IMG/VR virus record: IMGVR_UViG_3300038365_000119
Location: 1 to 50,512 of that record
Reading direction: 5' to 3' (one strand)
From: a virus
Lineage: Duplodnaviria > Caudoviricetes
DNA length: 50,512 nucleotides
Part shown: positions 1 through 7,417 of the stretch, piece after piece
Layout of the letters: each line of letters begins with the position of its first letter
Position numbering within the stretch: position 1 is the first letter of the stretch
Notes under the pieces: generated by a model
Databases searched by the model: none
Told to the model about the DNA's origin: nothing
The model's input: the letters and a program-made list of their open reading frames with translations, nothing else
Position numbers and translations under genes: made by a program

Positions 1-2076
1 AAGGGGAGCAGCCCGACGGCGACTTCTTCGAACCCGGGCGTGGCGAGCGTCTCCCTGAAAAATGCGAACGACTCACGCGGCTATCTGTACGAGATCCGCT
101 CGGTCTCGGCGGGCTCCGCAACCATCACGGTGAGCCTGGGCGGCGTTTCCGCACAGCTGCCGGTCACGGTTGCGGGCGGGACGTCGTCCCCGATCACGCT
201 GGACACCAAGAGCTACCAGTTCAGCGGGACGGGGGCGGTGTATCAGTTCCTCGCAAAGGGCATCGCAAAGGGAAGCGGCCCCACGGCGACTTCTTCGAAC
301 CCGGGCGTGGTGAGCGTCTCCCTGAAAAATGCGAACGACCCGCGCGGCTATCTGTACGAAATCCGTTCGGTCTCGGCGGGCTCCGCGACGATCACGGTGA
401 GCCTGGGCGGTTCCTCCGCGCAGATGCCGGTTACGGTTTCCTCTTCAGACCCTGTCGGCTCCACCGCCAAGACGACGGATGATGTCAATTTGAGGAGCGG
501 CCCCGGAACGCAGTATGACAAGCTGGCGCTCCTGTACACGGGAACGACCGTGTCCGTCCTGGATACCTCCAGCAGCGAGTGGACAAAGGTAAAGACTTCC
601 GGCGGTGTCGTCGGATACGTCTGCACCGAGTACCTCCAGTTCTCCGACGGGTCCCAGACGGCCGCGGTCAGGCTTTCCCACAGCTCGGGGACGGTCCCGG
701 CGGGGAAGACCTTCTATATCACGGCGTCCACGCAGCCTTCCGGCGGCGACGTGGTCTGGAAATCCAGCAACAGCAGCGTCGCGACGGTCAGCAACGGGTT
801 TATTTACGGGGCGGCGCCCGGCAGCGCCACCATCACCGCGACGGATGCCTCCGGAAAGAACAGCGCTTCCTGCTCCGTCACGGTCACGAAGGCGGAGCCG
901 GTGAAAGCCGCCTACACCACGCCGAACATCGCGGGCGTGGGCCAGAGCGTCACGCTGGTCGCCGTAACCGACAACACGCGCGCGGGCGTCCGCTTTGTCA
1001 TCAACATGAACGACGGGACGACCAAGGCCTTTGACGTCGGCAGTTACGCCTCGGAAAACGTTCCCGCCGCAGAGGGCCTTGCAGGCAACAATACGAGAGT
1101 CTGGAAGACGAACGTCAGCTTTACCAAGACGGGGACCTATTCCGTGACGGCCTATTCCAAAACGGGCGCATCAGCATCCTGGAGCAGCACCGGCGTGAAA
1201 ACGAGCAGTTTTATCGTTTCTTCTCAGGACAAAAATGCCTCCACTACGGAAAGCCGCCGCAGCAGCGACGAAATGCTGAGCCTGATCGGGCAATGGGAAG
1301 GGTACAGAGCCGCCGTTTATCCCGATACGCTCGCCCACAACATCCCGACCATCGGCTACGGACAGACCATGTCCGACGGAGCGGTCTTCTACAATAACCT
1401 GACAAAGACACAGGCGTGGGCGCTTCTGTTGAATTCCGTCAACGACTCCTACACAGGGCCGGTGAATTCCTTTATTTCCGGCAACCACCTGCGGGTGAAT
1501 CAGCACCAGTTCGACGCCATGATCAGCTTTTCCTACAATATCGGGACCGGATACTGGAACGGCAGCAGCCAGTTCGATATCCGTACGATCATGCTCAATT
1601 CGGTCGTGCCGCCCACCGTCAGCTCGGGCCAGAGCCTGCCGGCGACAGCTTCCCTGAACTTCGACCTGTACGCTTCGCCCAGCGCCTCCGCCGCGAAGCT
1701 GACGGAGGTATCCGTGGATGCCAGCCTTCAGGTGCTTCAGACGACGTTCGACTCCCAGACCAGATCCTGCTGGTATCAGGTGAGAACCGCGAGCGGGGTG
1801 ACCGGATGGGGCCGTGCCGGCTACATACAGTTCCAGAATTCCTCCTCGATGGTCCGCGACCTGAATTATATGGACTCCGTCGCGATCGGCTCCGAATGGC
1901 TCCGCTGGAACCGGGCGGGCGGGGACGTGTACGCGGGCCTCGTATACCGCAGGCTGGGGGAAGCCAAAGTGCTGACCTTCGGGAATTATGCGGAAGCTTC
2001 GCCTTCCAGCGCGCTCTATAAGCACAATACCTACGGCTTTATTTACCCGGACAACGCGAAACCGTATGAACAGTGA
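1..2076 (+). CDS. Host multidomain cell-wall hydrolase (Ig-like repeats, SH3b, GH24 lysozyme-like domain); 5' end lies outside the window
   Basis: Frame open from the window edge. SH3b-like VNLRSGPGTQY..GYV, Ig-like VVWKSSNSSVATVSNG, lysozyme motifs EGYRAAVYPD..PTIGYG and NQHQFDAMISFSYNIG. Confidence 0.75.
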   Translation, partial: KGSSPTATSSNPGVASVSLKNANDSRGYLYEIRSVSAGSATITVSLGGVSAQLPVTVAGGTSSPITLDTKSYQFSGTGAVYQFLAKGIAKGSGPTATSSNPGVVSVSLKNANDPRGYLYEIRSVSAGSATITVSLGGSSAQMPVTVSSSDPVGSTAKTTDDVNLRSGPGTQYDKLALLYTGTTVSVLDTSSSEWTKVKTSGGVVGYVCTEYLQFSDGSQTAAVRLSHSSGTVPAGKTFYITASTQPSGGDVVWKSSNSSVATVSNGFIYGAAPGSATITATDASGKNSASCSVTVTKAEPVKAAYTTPNIAGVGQSVTLVAVTDNTRAGVRFVINMNDGTTKAFDVGSYASENVPAAEGLAGNNTRVWKTNVSFTKTGTYSVTAYSKTGASASWSSTGVKTSSFIVSSQDKNASTTESRRSSDEMLSLIGQWEGYRAAVYPDTLAHNIPTIGYGQTMSDGAVFYNNLTKTQAWALLLNSVNDSYTGPVNSFISGNHLRVNQHQFDAMISFSYNIGTGYWNGSSQFDIRTIMLNSVVPPTVSSGQSLPATASLNFDLYASPSASAAKLTEVSVDASLQVLQTTFDSQTRSCWYQVRTASGVTGWGRAGYIQFQNSSSMVRDLNYMDSVAIGSEWLRWNRAGGDVYAGLVYRRLGEAKVLTFGNYAEASPSSALYKHNTYGFIYPDNAKPYEQ
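15..412 (+). repeat. Intragenic tandem repeat with 267-bp (89-aa) period
   Basis: gacttcttcgaacccgggcgtgg...gtgagcctgggcgg starts at 21 and again at 288. Confidence 0.85.
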
Positions 2077-2180
2077 CCGTTCCGTTACAGAAACGAAATC
2101 CCATCCCGAAACGGGGCGCTTCGTAAGAAAGCCGTAAAAAGCAAATAAAATCAGGCCGCAGGAGAGGTTTCCTCCGGCGA

Positions 2181-2216
2181 AAACGGCGGCACGGGACGAA
2201 TCCTGTGCCGCCGTTT
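2181..2216. terminator. Likely bidirectional terminator hairpin
   Basis: aaacggcggcac...gtgccgccgttt inverted repeat between convergent genes. Confidence 0.65.
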
Positions 2217-2263
2217 GCTGCCCTGTGACCGCCTGCCTAAACGGAAACGCGGGCTGGGTTCCC

Positions 2264-2440
2264 TCATTCGCCGTTTATCTCGATTCTGCCGTGAGCGGCT
2301 TCAAATTCGGAAACACGCCTTTTGATGTACTGCTCGATCTCCTTGTTGGCGGAACGGCCTTCCGACGCCGCGATATAACGGAATTTCCGGAAATACACCC
2401 GGTCCACCCGCAGGGTATATCTCAGCAGCTTGTCCTCCAT
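2264..2440 (-). CDS. Small Arc/ribbon-helix-helix DNA-binding protein (58 aa, not in the ORF track)
   Basis: Manual translation MEDKLLRYTLRVDRVYFRKFRYIAASEGRSANKEIEQYIKRRVSEFEAAHGRIEINGE; Arc-like TLRV...GRSANKEI pattern; purine-rich RBS upstream. Confidence 0.7.
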   Translation of the reverse strand: MEDKLLRYTLRVDRVYFRKFRYIAASEGRSANKEIEQYIKRRVSEFEAAHGRIEINGE

Positions 2441-2606
2441 AGATTCTCCCTTTCTTTCACCGTATTGATTGGTTCCATTATAGCAACGCGGCTCGGGGCA
2501 TGCAAGCGATACGGGGAAGGAACGTTTTCTCGGAATTCACTCGGGCTTTCTTGCTGTGCCCTGTCAAAAGGGAGAATTATTTAAAAAAATAAAAAAAATT
2601 GGAAAA

Positions 2607-2626
2607 TGTCAATAGTAAATGCGAAA
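2607..2626 (+). repeat. Left terminal inverted repeat
   Basis: tgtcaatagTAAATGCGAAA, 29 bp beyond the transposase stop; matches the reverse complement of 49382-49400 (tgtaacatTAAATGCGAAA). Confidence 0.65.
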
Positions 2627-2654
2627 AAAATATAAAAAATTATATTTCAAGGGG

Positions 2655-3695
2655 TTAGACAAGCGCGGCGACGCATTCCCGGAACATCATTTCGGCGGTT
2701 TTCCAACCAAATATCGCCCGCGGGTAGTTGTTCACCCATTCTTCAAGCTTCTTGATTGCGGCGACGGTGACTTTCCCAAAATCGGTTCCTTTCGGGTACT
2801 GTCGCCGTATCATTTTGTTCTGATTCTCGTTTGACCCTCTTTCGAAACTACTGTACGGGTGGCAGTAATAGAACTTTGTGCGCGGCCCTTTCCTGATTGC
2901 GGACCTTTCAAGCCTTTTCACGTCGGAGAACTCCACCCCGTTGTCAACCGTGATCGTTTGGAACACCTTTTTGAACAGCGGGCCGTACCGCCTTTCGATT
3001 CGGTCAAGGCCCTTGATCGTGCTTTCCTCGGTCCGGTCCTTGATCGGCTCTATGATCTCTTTCCGGGTCAACCGCTCCGTGAGTACAAGAAGCGTTTTCT
3101 TTGAAGATTTTTTCGCGCTGTAAACGGTATCCATTTCCCAATGACCGAACGTTTCCCGCGCGTCGATCTCCGCCGGGCGGTTCTCTATGCTTTCCCCGCG
3201 CGGCGGGCGCTTCATCTTTTGAACTTTATGATAGGGGCGTTTCTTTTTCGGCTTCACGGGCAAATCATTGTTCGTGAGATGAAGAAATACCCCTTTTTCA
3301 ATATAGCTGTATAGGGTGCTTGTGCAAATAGTAGTTTGGAACTCTATTCCTTTTTGCTTTATCTCCCCAAGAGCGGCGGCGGGGGAATAGTCCTCTTCTA
3401 TTATTTTTTCCTCTATGTAATCGACAAGCTTAAAATCTCTTCCGATTTTCAGCGGCGCGCCTTTCGCGGAAAGGTTTTCCCGGTACTTCTTTTCGGCTTC
3501 GTCCGGGTTGTAGCGGATTTCGGTTGTCCAGTCGGTATTTAGATGCGTGTATGTCCCGCGCTTCAATTCCCGGTATACCGTGCTGATATGCACATGTAGT
3601 TCCTCTGCAATTTCCGCCGGGCCGTGCCCGTTGTTCCGCAATGCTTCGATTTTATAGCGGTCTGTCTTTGAAAGATGTTTGAATCTGCGCCCCAT
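2655..3695 (-). CDS. IS30-family DDE transposase (346 aa), probable phage integrase/excisase
   Basis: N-terminal HTH (FKHLSKTDRYKIE..HISTVYRELKRG); DDE motifs GHWEMDTV, TITVDNGVEF, YSSFERGSNENQN; ATG at 3695 after GGAGGT RBS. Confidence 0.93.
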   Translation of the reverse strand: MGRRFKHLSKTDRYKIEALRNNGHGPAEIAEELHVHISTVYRELKRGTYTHLNTDWTTEIRYNPDEAEKKYRENLSAKGAPLKIGRDFKLVDYIEEKIIEEDYSPAAALGEIKQKGIEFQTTICTSTLYSYIEKGVFLHLTNNDLPVKPKKKRPYHKVQKMKRPPRGESIENRPAEIDARETFGHWEMDTVYSAKKSSKKTLLVLTERLTRKEIIEPIKDRTEESTIKGLDRIERRYGPLFKKVFQTITVDNGVEFSDVKRLERSAIRKGPRTKFYYCHPYSSFERGSNENQNKMIRRQYPKGTDFGKVTVAAIKKLEEWVNNYPRAIFGWKTAEMMFRECVAALV

Positions 3696-3713
3696 ATCAT
3701 TACTACCTCCATA

Positions 3714-3756
3714 GGAAAAACCCCGCCCATGCTTCGGTGCAAGGACGGGGCTTTCC
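3714..3756 (-). terminator. Terminator-like hairpin in the transposase leader
   Basis: Minus strand gccccgtccttgc..gcatgggcgggg followed by ttttt, just before the RBS. Confidence 0.5.
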
Positions 3757-3804
3757 GCGTTGTCCGCGGGCGGTAATTTTCCTCTTGCTCCCTCGGTTGC
3801 TATA

Positions 3805-3837
3805 ATTATAGCACGGGGGATATACTCACGCAAGTAT
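3805..3837 (-). promoter_or_regulatory. Sigma-A-type promoter of the transposase with operator over the -35
   Basis: TTGCGT (3833-3828), 17 bp, TG-c-TATAAT (3810-3805); operator ATACTCACGCAAGTAT at 3822-3837. Confidence 0.7.
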
Positions 3838-3862
3838 AAAATAATATGGGATAGGAACGATA

Positions 3863-4105
3863 TTATTCTTGTGTCATCAGCCAATCAAGGCTTACGCCTA
3901 ATATTTTAGATAGTGCCATGAGTTCATAGTCTGCGACAAACCGGGTTCCGCTTTCAATTCGGCTTACGCTGTCCCGCTCCATTGTGATACCTGCTATCTG
4001 CAATTTCGCGGCAAGGTCGGCTTGCGTCATGCGTTGTTTTAACCTCGCTTCCCTCACGCGTCCGCCGCAAAGGTTACTTTTTCCTTTGTAGCCATATATT
4101 TTCAT
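3863..4105 (-). CDS. XRE-family HTH transcriptional regulator
   Basis: RVREARLKQRMTQADLAAKLQ..RDSVSRIESGTR HTH_3 pattern. Confidence 0.85.
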   Translation of the reverse strand: MKIYGYKGKSNLCGGRVREARLKQRMTQADLAAKLQIAGITMERDSVSRIESGTRFVADYELMALSKILGVSLDWLMTQE

Positions 4106-4120
4106 TTTTATCCTCCGGGT

Positions 4121-4189
4121 GTGCTAATGTTCAGCATCATTCTTGACTTTAACACCAAAAACGCGGATAATTGTGTTAATAATCAGCAC
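4121..4189 (+). promoter_or_regulatory. Promoter flanked by two imperfect palindromic operators
   Basis: TTGACT (4143-4148), 17 bp, GATAAT (4166-4171); GTGCTAATGTTCAGCAT (4121-4137) and GTGTTAATAATCAGCAC (4173-4189). Confidence 0.5.
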
Positions 4190-4258
4190 GCCCGAATCGA
4201 ACCGGGCATAAATAAAATAGCCGCCCTGAAAGGCGGCAGAATGGAGGAATCAAATAAT

Positions 4259-4717
4259 ATGGCGGCAAAGGTTGAATATCGTGGGGGTATCCCCGAATTG
4301 CGCAAAACAGGGCTTACCGTAGCAGACGCTTTCCCTGATTATCTGTCTGTTAGTTCTCCGGGGTTTAGTTTCAAGAGCTATAAAATTCCCTATGAAAGTA
4401 TGACTGATATTTCTTTAGTGCCGGAGGGCGCTAAAAAAAAGAACTATGTTCTAAACATTGAATATAGTTCGAATGATTTTCAGTCTTGCATAATTCTTAC
4501 TGGAAAAGAAGTTTCTTCGCTTTATGGCTCCTTGCAAAAAGCCCGTCAAAAGTTCTTTCAGCGACACCCGAATAAAGTCATCAGTTCGCCGGAATCTTCT
4601 TCCCCTACTTTAGATACTCCTACCGAAATAGAGAAACTTTTTAATCTGAAAGAAAAGGGAATCATAACGGAAGAGGAATTTTTTGCAAAGAAAACGCAAC
4701 TTTTAGGCATTGAATAG
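4259..4717 (+). CDS. SHOCT-domain accessory protein
   Basis: C-terminal EIEKLFNLKEKGIITEEEFFAKKTQLL is a SHOCT motif; start placed after GGAGG at 4243. Confidence 0.7.
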   Translation: MAAKVEYRGGIPELRKTGLTVADAFPDYLSVSSPGFSFKSYKIPYESMTDISLVPEGAKKKNYVLNIEYSSNDFQSCIILTGKEVSSLYGSLQKARQKFFQRHPNKVISSPESSSPTLDTPTEIEKLFNLKEKGIITEEEFFAKKTQLLGIE

Positions 4718-5471
4718 AATAGGGGTGGTAATATTGGGGTTCGGCAACTGGGATGAAAAAACGCATTTGATTCCCGAACAACAAAAACGTCTTTTTGTTG
4801 CAATGAAAGCAGACGTTACGCCATCAGAAGTTGACACTGCAAGCCAAACCGCTGTTTTTAAGGGTTCCGGAAAGAAGCTTTATGTAACTACTCTAAATTC
4901 CTGCACGTGCGGGGATTTTTTGTGCCGTAGACTACCCTGTAAACACATTTACCGGCTTGCCTTAGAACTCGGCATGATTGAGGGTGACTATGATTCAGGT
5001 CGGAATAAAAACGCATTATCCGATGATGTTTCCTGTCTTAAAGAAGAGGCGCAAAAGCTTCTATATGATATGTGTGTTGCGAGCATTTATCATCAGGAAA
5101 AACAATTTCTGTTTCGTAGGGATAAAATTTCCGAATCGCTTCTTACACACGGATTTTGTGTTGAATCAATTCCAGACTTGGATTATTTCGCTCAATGTCC
5201 AGTTTCGCAAATAAAGTCTATCCTATTTTCTGGTATCTCTTCCAATCTTCCAAAGCGTAACGCGCAAAAGAAAACCTTTATAAAATGGATTTCTGAAAAC
5301 GCTGGATACTCCCTTGAAGTTCTTCGTTCAAACTTTATTGTACTTGAATTTTCTTCGCAAACAAAAGATTTTCAAAGCACCATTCATAGACGGTTGGCAA
5401 AAAAATTCGGTTGTAGCGATTCAAAGTGTGACGATTTCGTAATTGAAATTCGCGCAAATCTTACAAAATAG
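4710..5471 (+). CDS. SWIM zinc-finger accessory protein
   Basis: YVTTLNSCTCGDFLCRRLPCKHIYRLA fits CxCx(n)CxH; AT-rich; start uncertain. Confidence 0.7.
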   Translation: MNRIGVVILGFGNWDEKTHLIPEQQKRLFVAMKADVTPSEVDTASQTAVFKGSGKKLYVTTLNSCTCGDFLCRRLPCKHIYRLALELGMIEGDYDSGRNKNALSDDVSCLKEEAQKLLYDMCVASIYHQEKQFLFRRDKISESLLTHGFCVESIPDLDYFAQCPVSQIKSILFSGISSNLPKRNAQKKTFIKWISENAGYSLEVLRSNFIVLEFSSQTKDFQSTIHRRLAKKFGCSDSKCDDFVIEIRANLTK

Positions 5472-5490
5472 GATTATACTTCATCAAAAG

Positions 5491-5519
5491 AAAACAGCGG
5501 GCGACTTGCCCGCTGTTTT
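5491..5519. terminator. Bidirectional intrinsic terminator
   Basis: aaaacagcgggc-gactt-gcccgctgtttt between convergent genes. Confidence 0.75.
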
Positions 5520-5520
5520 C

Positions 5521-5805
5521 TTATTTTCCAAGCGCCCGGCGGACGATGAACCGGGCGTATACCTCGCCTATATCCTCTATTGACTGAACCTGTGAAAAAT
5601 CCTCCCCGGCGCATACGGCTTCAAAGATCGTCCCATAGAATGCCGCCCGATTTTCTGCCGGTTGCCGTTCGATGATTTTTCGGACCCGCTCGAACGTGCG
5701 CGTCCCCAGCACTGTTTGAAGCTTCACGCGCTCTTCGTCCCGCTCAACCGTTGCCCTGATCGCTTCTATGAACGCCGGGTGGAACGTCGCGCTATTTTGA
5801 TTCAC
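5521..5805 (-). CDS. Hypothetical protein
   Basis: 94-aa ORF overlapping the upstream gene's end and stopping at a terminator. Confidence 0.6.
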   Translation of the reverse strand: MNQNSATFHPAFIEAIRATVERDEERVKLQTVLGTRTFERVRKIIERQPAENRAAFYGTIFEAVCAGEDFSQVQSIEDIGEVYARFIVRRALGK

Positions 5806-6061
5806 GTTTCTTCCTCTCTTCCTCCGCCGCGGCCTGAACCGCTCTACCGAACTCTTCTTTGCTCCATCCTAAAACCAGCAATGCTTTTTCATCGGTCGCC
5901 GATTCGACAAGAGCGTTCAGGCTTTCATATCCTCCGGCCTCCACCGCTTTCTGATAAACGGCTTTCTTCCCAAGCTCAATATACGGATAGAGGCGGTCGT
6001 AATTCTCGCCGTTATATTTGTTCTTTGCGCGGGTCGCCGATGTGCCTTTCCTTTCAGCCAT
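5792..6061 (-). CDS. Small DNA-binding protein, RHH/antitoxin-like
   Basis: ATG at 6061 after GGAGG; RAKNKYNGENYDRL..GKK..ESLNALV pattern typical of small Firmicutes RHH-like regulators. Confidence 0.6.
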   Translation of the reverse strand: MAERKGTSATRAKNKYNGENYDRLYPYIELGKKAVYQKAVEAGGYESLNALVESATDEKALLVLGWSKEEFGRAVQAAAEEERKKRESK

Positions 6062-6087
6062 CTTTTGACCTCCTTTCGGTTTCTCCC

Positions 6088-6195
6088 ATTGTATCACGTT
6101 TCTTATACTCACGCAAGTATAACTTTTGCATAATATCACGTGAGTATATTTGTTCAAAATTCCCCCTTGATTTAATACTCACGTGAGTATATAAT
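6088..6195. promoter_or_regulatory. Divergent promoters with three palindromic operators
   Basis: Minus: TTGCGT-17-TACAAT. Plus: TTGATT (6167)-17-TATAAT (6190). Operators at 6105-6120, 6132-6147 and 6175-6190 (last is the perfect palindrome ATACTCACGTGAGTAT). Confidence 0.75.
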
Positions 6196-6235
6196 AGAGC
6201 CATAGAGAACAGAAAGACGAACGGAGGAATTCAAG

Positions 6236-6586
6236 ATGACGTTTTGCGAAATGTACGAAAAGAATTGTGCGGAATGCCCGAACCGCTATGTATGTGAGAA
6301 CAGCACCATAAAGCCCAAAATGCGGGCCGGGAAAACATACAAAGGATTTAGCCGGGCGCAACTGATTGATATTTTAGCCGAATACGCCGTGTTCACCGCG
6401 AAAGTCAACAATAACCACGGCGGGGCAAAGATGAACACCGTAAAAAGCGATTATGTCGGTTTATATCAGACGTACCCGCTGTCCTCAAAAAAATATCTGG
6501 TTTTTTCGCTATCGGTCATGTACGACAAGATGAACACTGAAATTGAAAAGGCAAAAGAAATCGCTTCCTTTTCGGTTTTACGGTAA
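6236..6586 (+). CDS. Hypothetical protein with Cys-rich N-terminus
   Basis: GGAGG RBS and promoter upstream; FCEMYEKNCAECPNRYVC. Confidence 0.65.
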   Translation: MTFCEMYEKNCAECPNRYVCENSTIKPKMRAGKTYKGFSRAQLIDILAEYAVFTAKVNNNHGGAKMNTVKSDYVGLYQTYPLSSKKYLVFSLSVMYDKMNTEIEKAKEIASFSVLR

Positions 6587-6596
6587 GATCGCAAAG

Positions 6597-6659
6597 CCCG
6601 CCCGATGATGGCTTGCCGGGAACAAGCCGAAACCCCCGAACGGGGGTCGCGGGAACCCG
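6597..6659 (+). ncRNA. Putative variant type I hammerhead ribozyme
   Basis: Stem I cccgc/gcggg; core CCGAUGA plus extra U; stem II ggcttg/caagcc; GAAA; stem III ccccc/ggggg; GUC site at 6646-6648. Confidence 0.6.
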
Positions 6660-6770
6660 TCGGCATAGGGGACAACATGCCGCCCCTTTTATATAGATTG
6701 TTCTTTGACAACATCATAAATCGAAAAGGCAAAGGAAAACGCTTCCTTTGCAGAAGCGGCGAAATGGGGA

Positions 6771-7010
6771 ATGAACATGAACAAGGTTAGGCGCGCCGCA
6801 CTCCGCGAAATCATCGACAAGATCGCCGACGCAAAGGACGCGCTGGAAATACTGAAAGATGAAGAAGAGGAATACCGCGACAACATTCCCGAAAACCTGC
6901 AAGGCTCCGAACGGTATCAAACCGCCGATGAAGCTTGCGACGCTCTGTATGAAGCCGTCAGCCAGCTTGAAGAGGCTGGCGACAATATCGAAACTACCGT
7001 GGGCGAGTAG
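6771..7010 (+). CDS. Small acidic coiled-coil phage protein
   Basis: 79-aa ORF, MNKVRRAAL...EEEEYRDNIPENLQGSERY; followed by a terminator. Confidence 0.7.
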   Translation: MNMNKVRRAALREIIDKIADAKDALEILKDEEEEYRDNIPENLQGSERYQTADEACDALYEAVSQLEEAGDNIETTVGE

Positions 7011-7020
7011 CGCCCAACAG

Positions 7021-7058
7021 AAAAAGCCCGCCGTGGGTAAAACCTCGGCGGGCTTTTT
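7021..7058. terminator. Bidirectional terminator at the end of the late operon
   Basis: aaaaagcccgccg...cggcgggcttttt. Confidence 0.8.
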
Positions 7059-7091
7059 GTCCGAATCGGTCAAAAATCGTTCGGCTTTGTT

Positions 7092-7388
7092 TTAACTGTT
7101 GCTGTTGCTCTTGCCGTCCGTGACGCGCTGTACGGCGCTGAAAGCTCCGTTTGCGCTCATGGATACAAGGATAGCATTCAGCGGCAGAATGGCCCACACG
7201 GTCCATTCCGCGACGAATCCGGCGGTTGCGGCGGTCGCCGCAAAGAGAATCACCAGCGCGATAACGTAAGAAACGATCTGCGTGGGGATTTTGGAGAACC
7301 AGCCCTTGACGAACTGCGTAATAATCCCCGTCGCCGTCGCCGCGCCCGCGAAAGTCGCCAAAGTCTGCCATGTAAAAAATTCGTTCAC
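7092..7388 (-). CDS. Holin-like membrane protein
   Basis: Three hydrophobic segments, next to the endolysin; GTG start after GGAGGG. Confidence 0.7.
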   Translation of the reverse strand: MNEFFTWQTLATFAGAATATGIITQFVKGWFSKIPTQIVSYVIALVILFAATAATAGFVAEWTVWAILPLNAILVSMSANGAFSAVQRVTDGKSNSNS

Positions 7389-7417
7389 TGTTTTTCCCTC
7401 CGTTATTGTTTTATTTG

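Noticed and set aside
2607-2640. IS30-style junction promoter formed on circularisation
   Set aside because: An outward-facing TTGACA is present at the left tip, but I could not place a convincing -10 at 17 bp in the right end; unresolved without the real junction sequence
2655-3884. Stand-alone IS30 insertion and the 409-aa ORF-track start
   Set aside because: I found no matching IR upstream of the gene; the region holds a phage operator and promoter, and the RBS supports ATG at 3695
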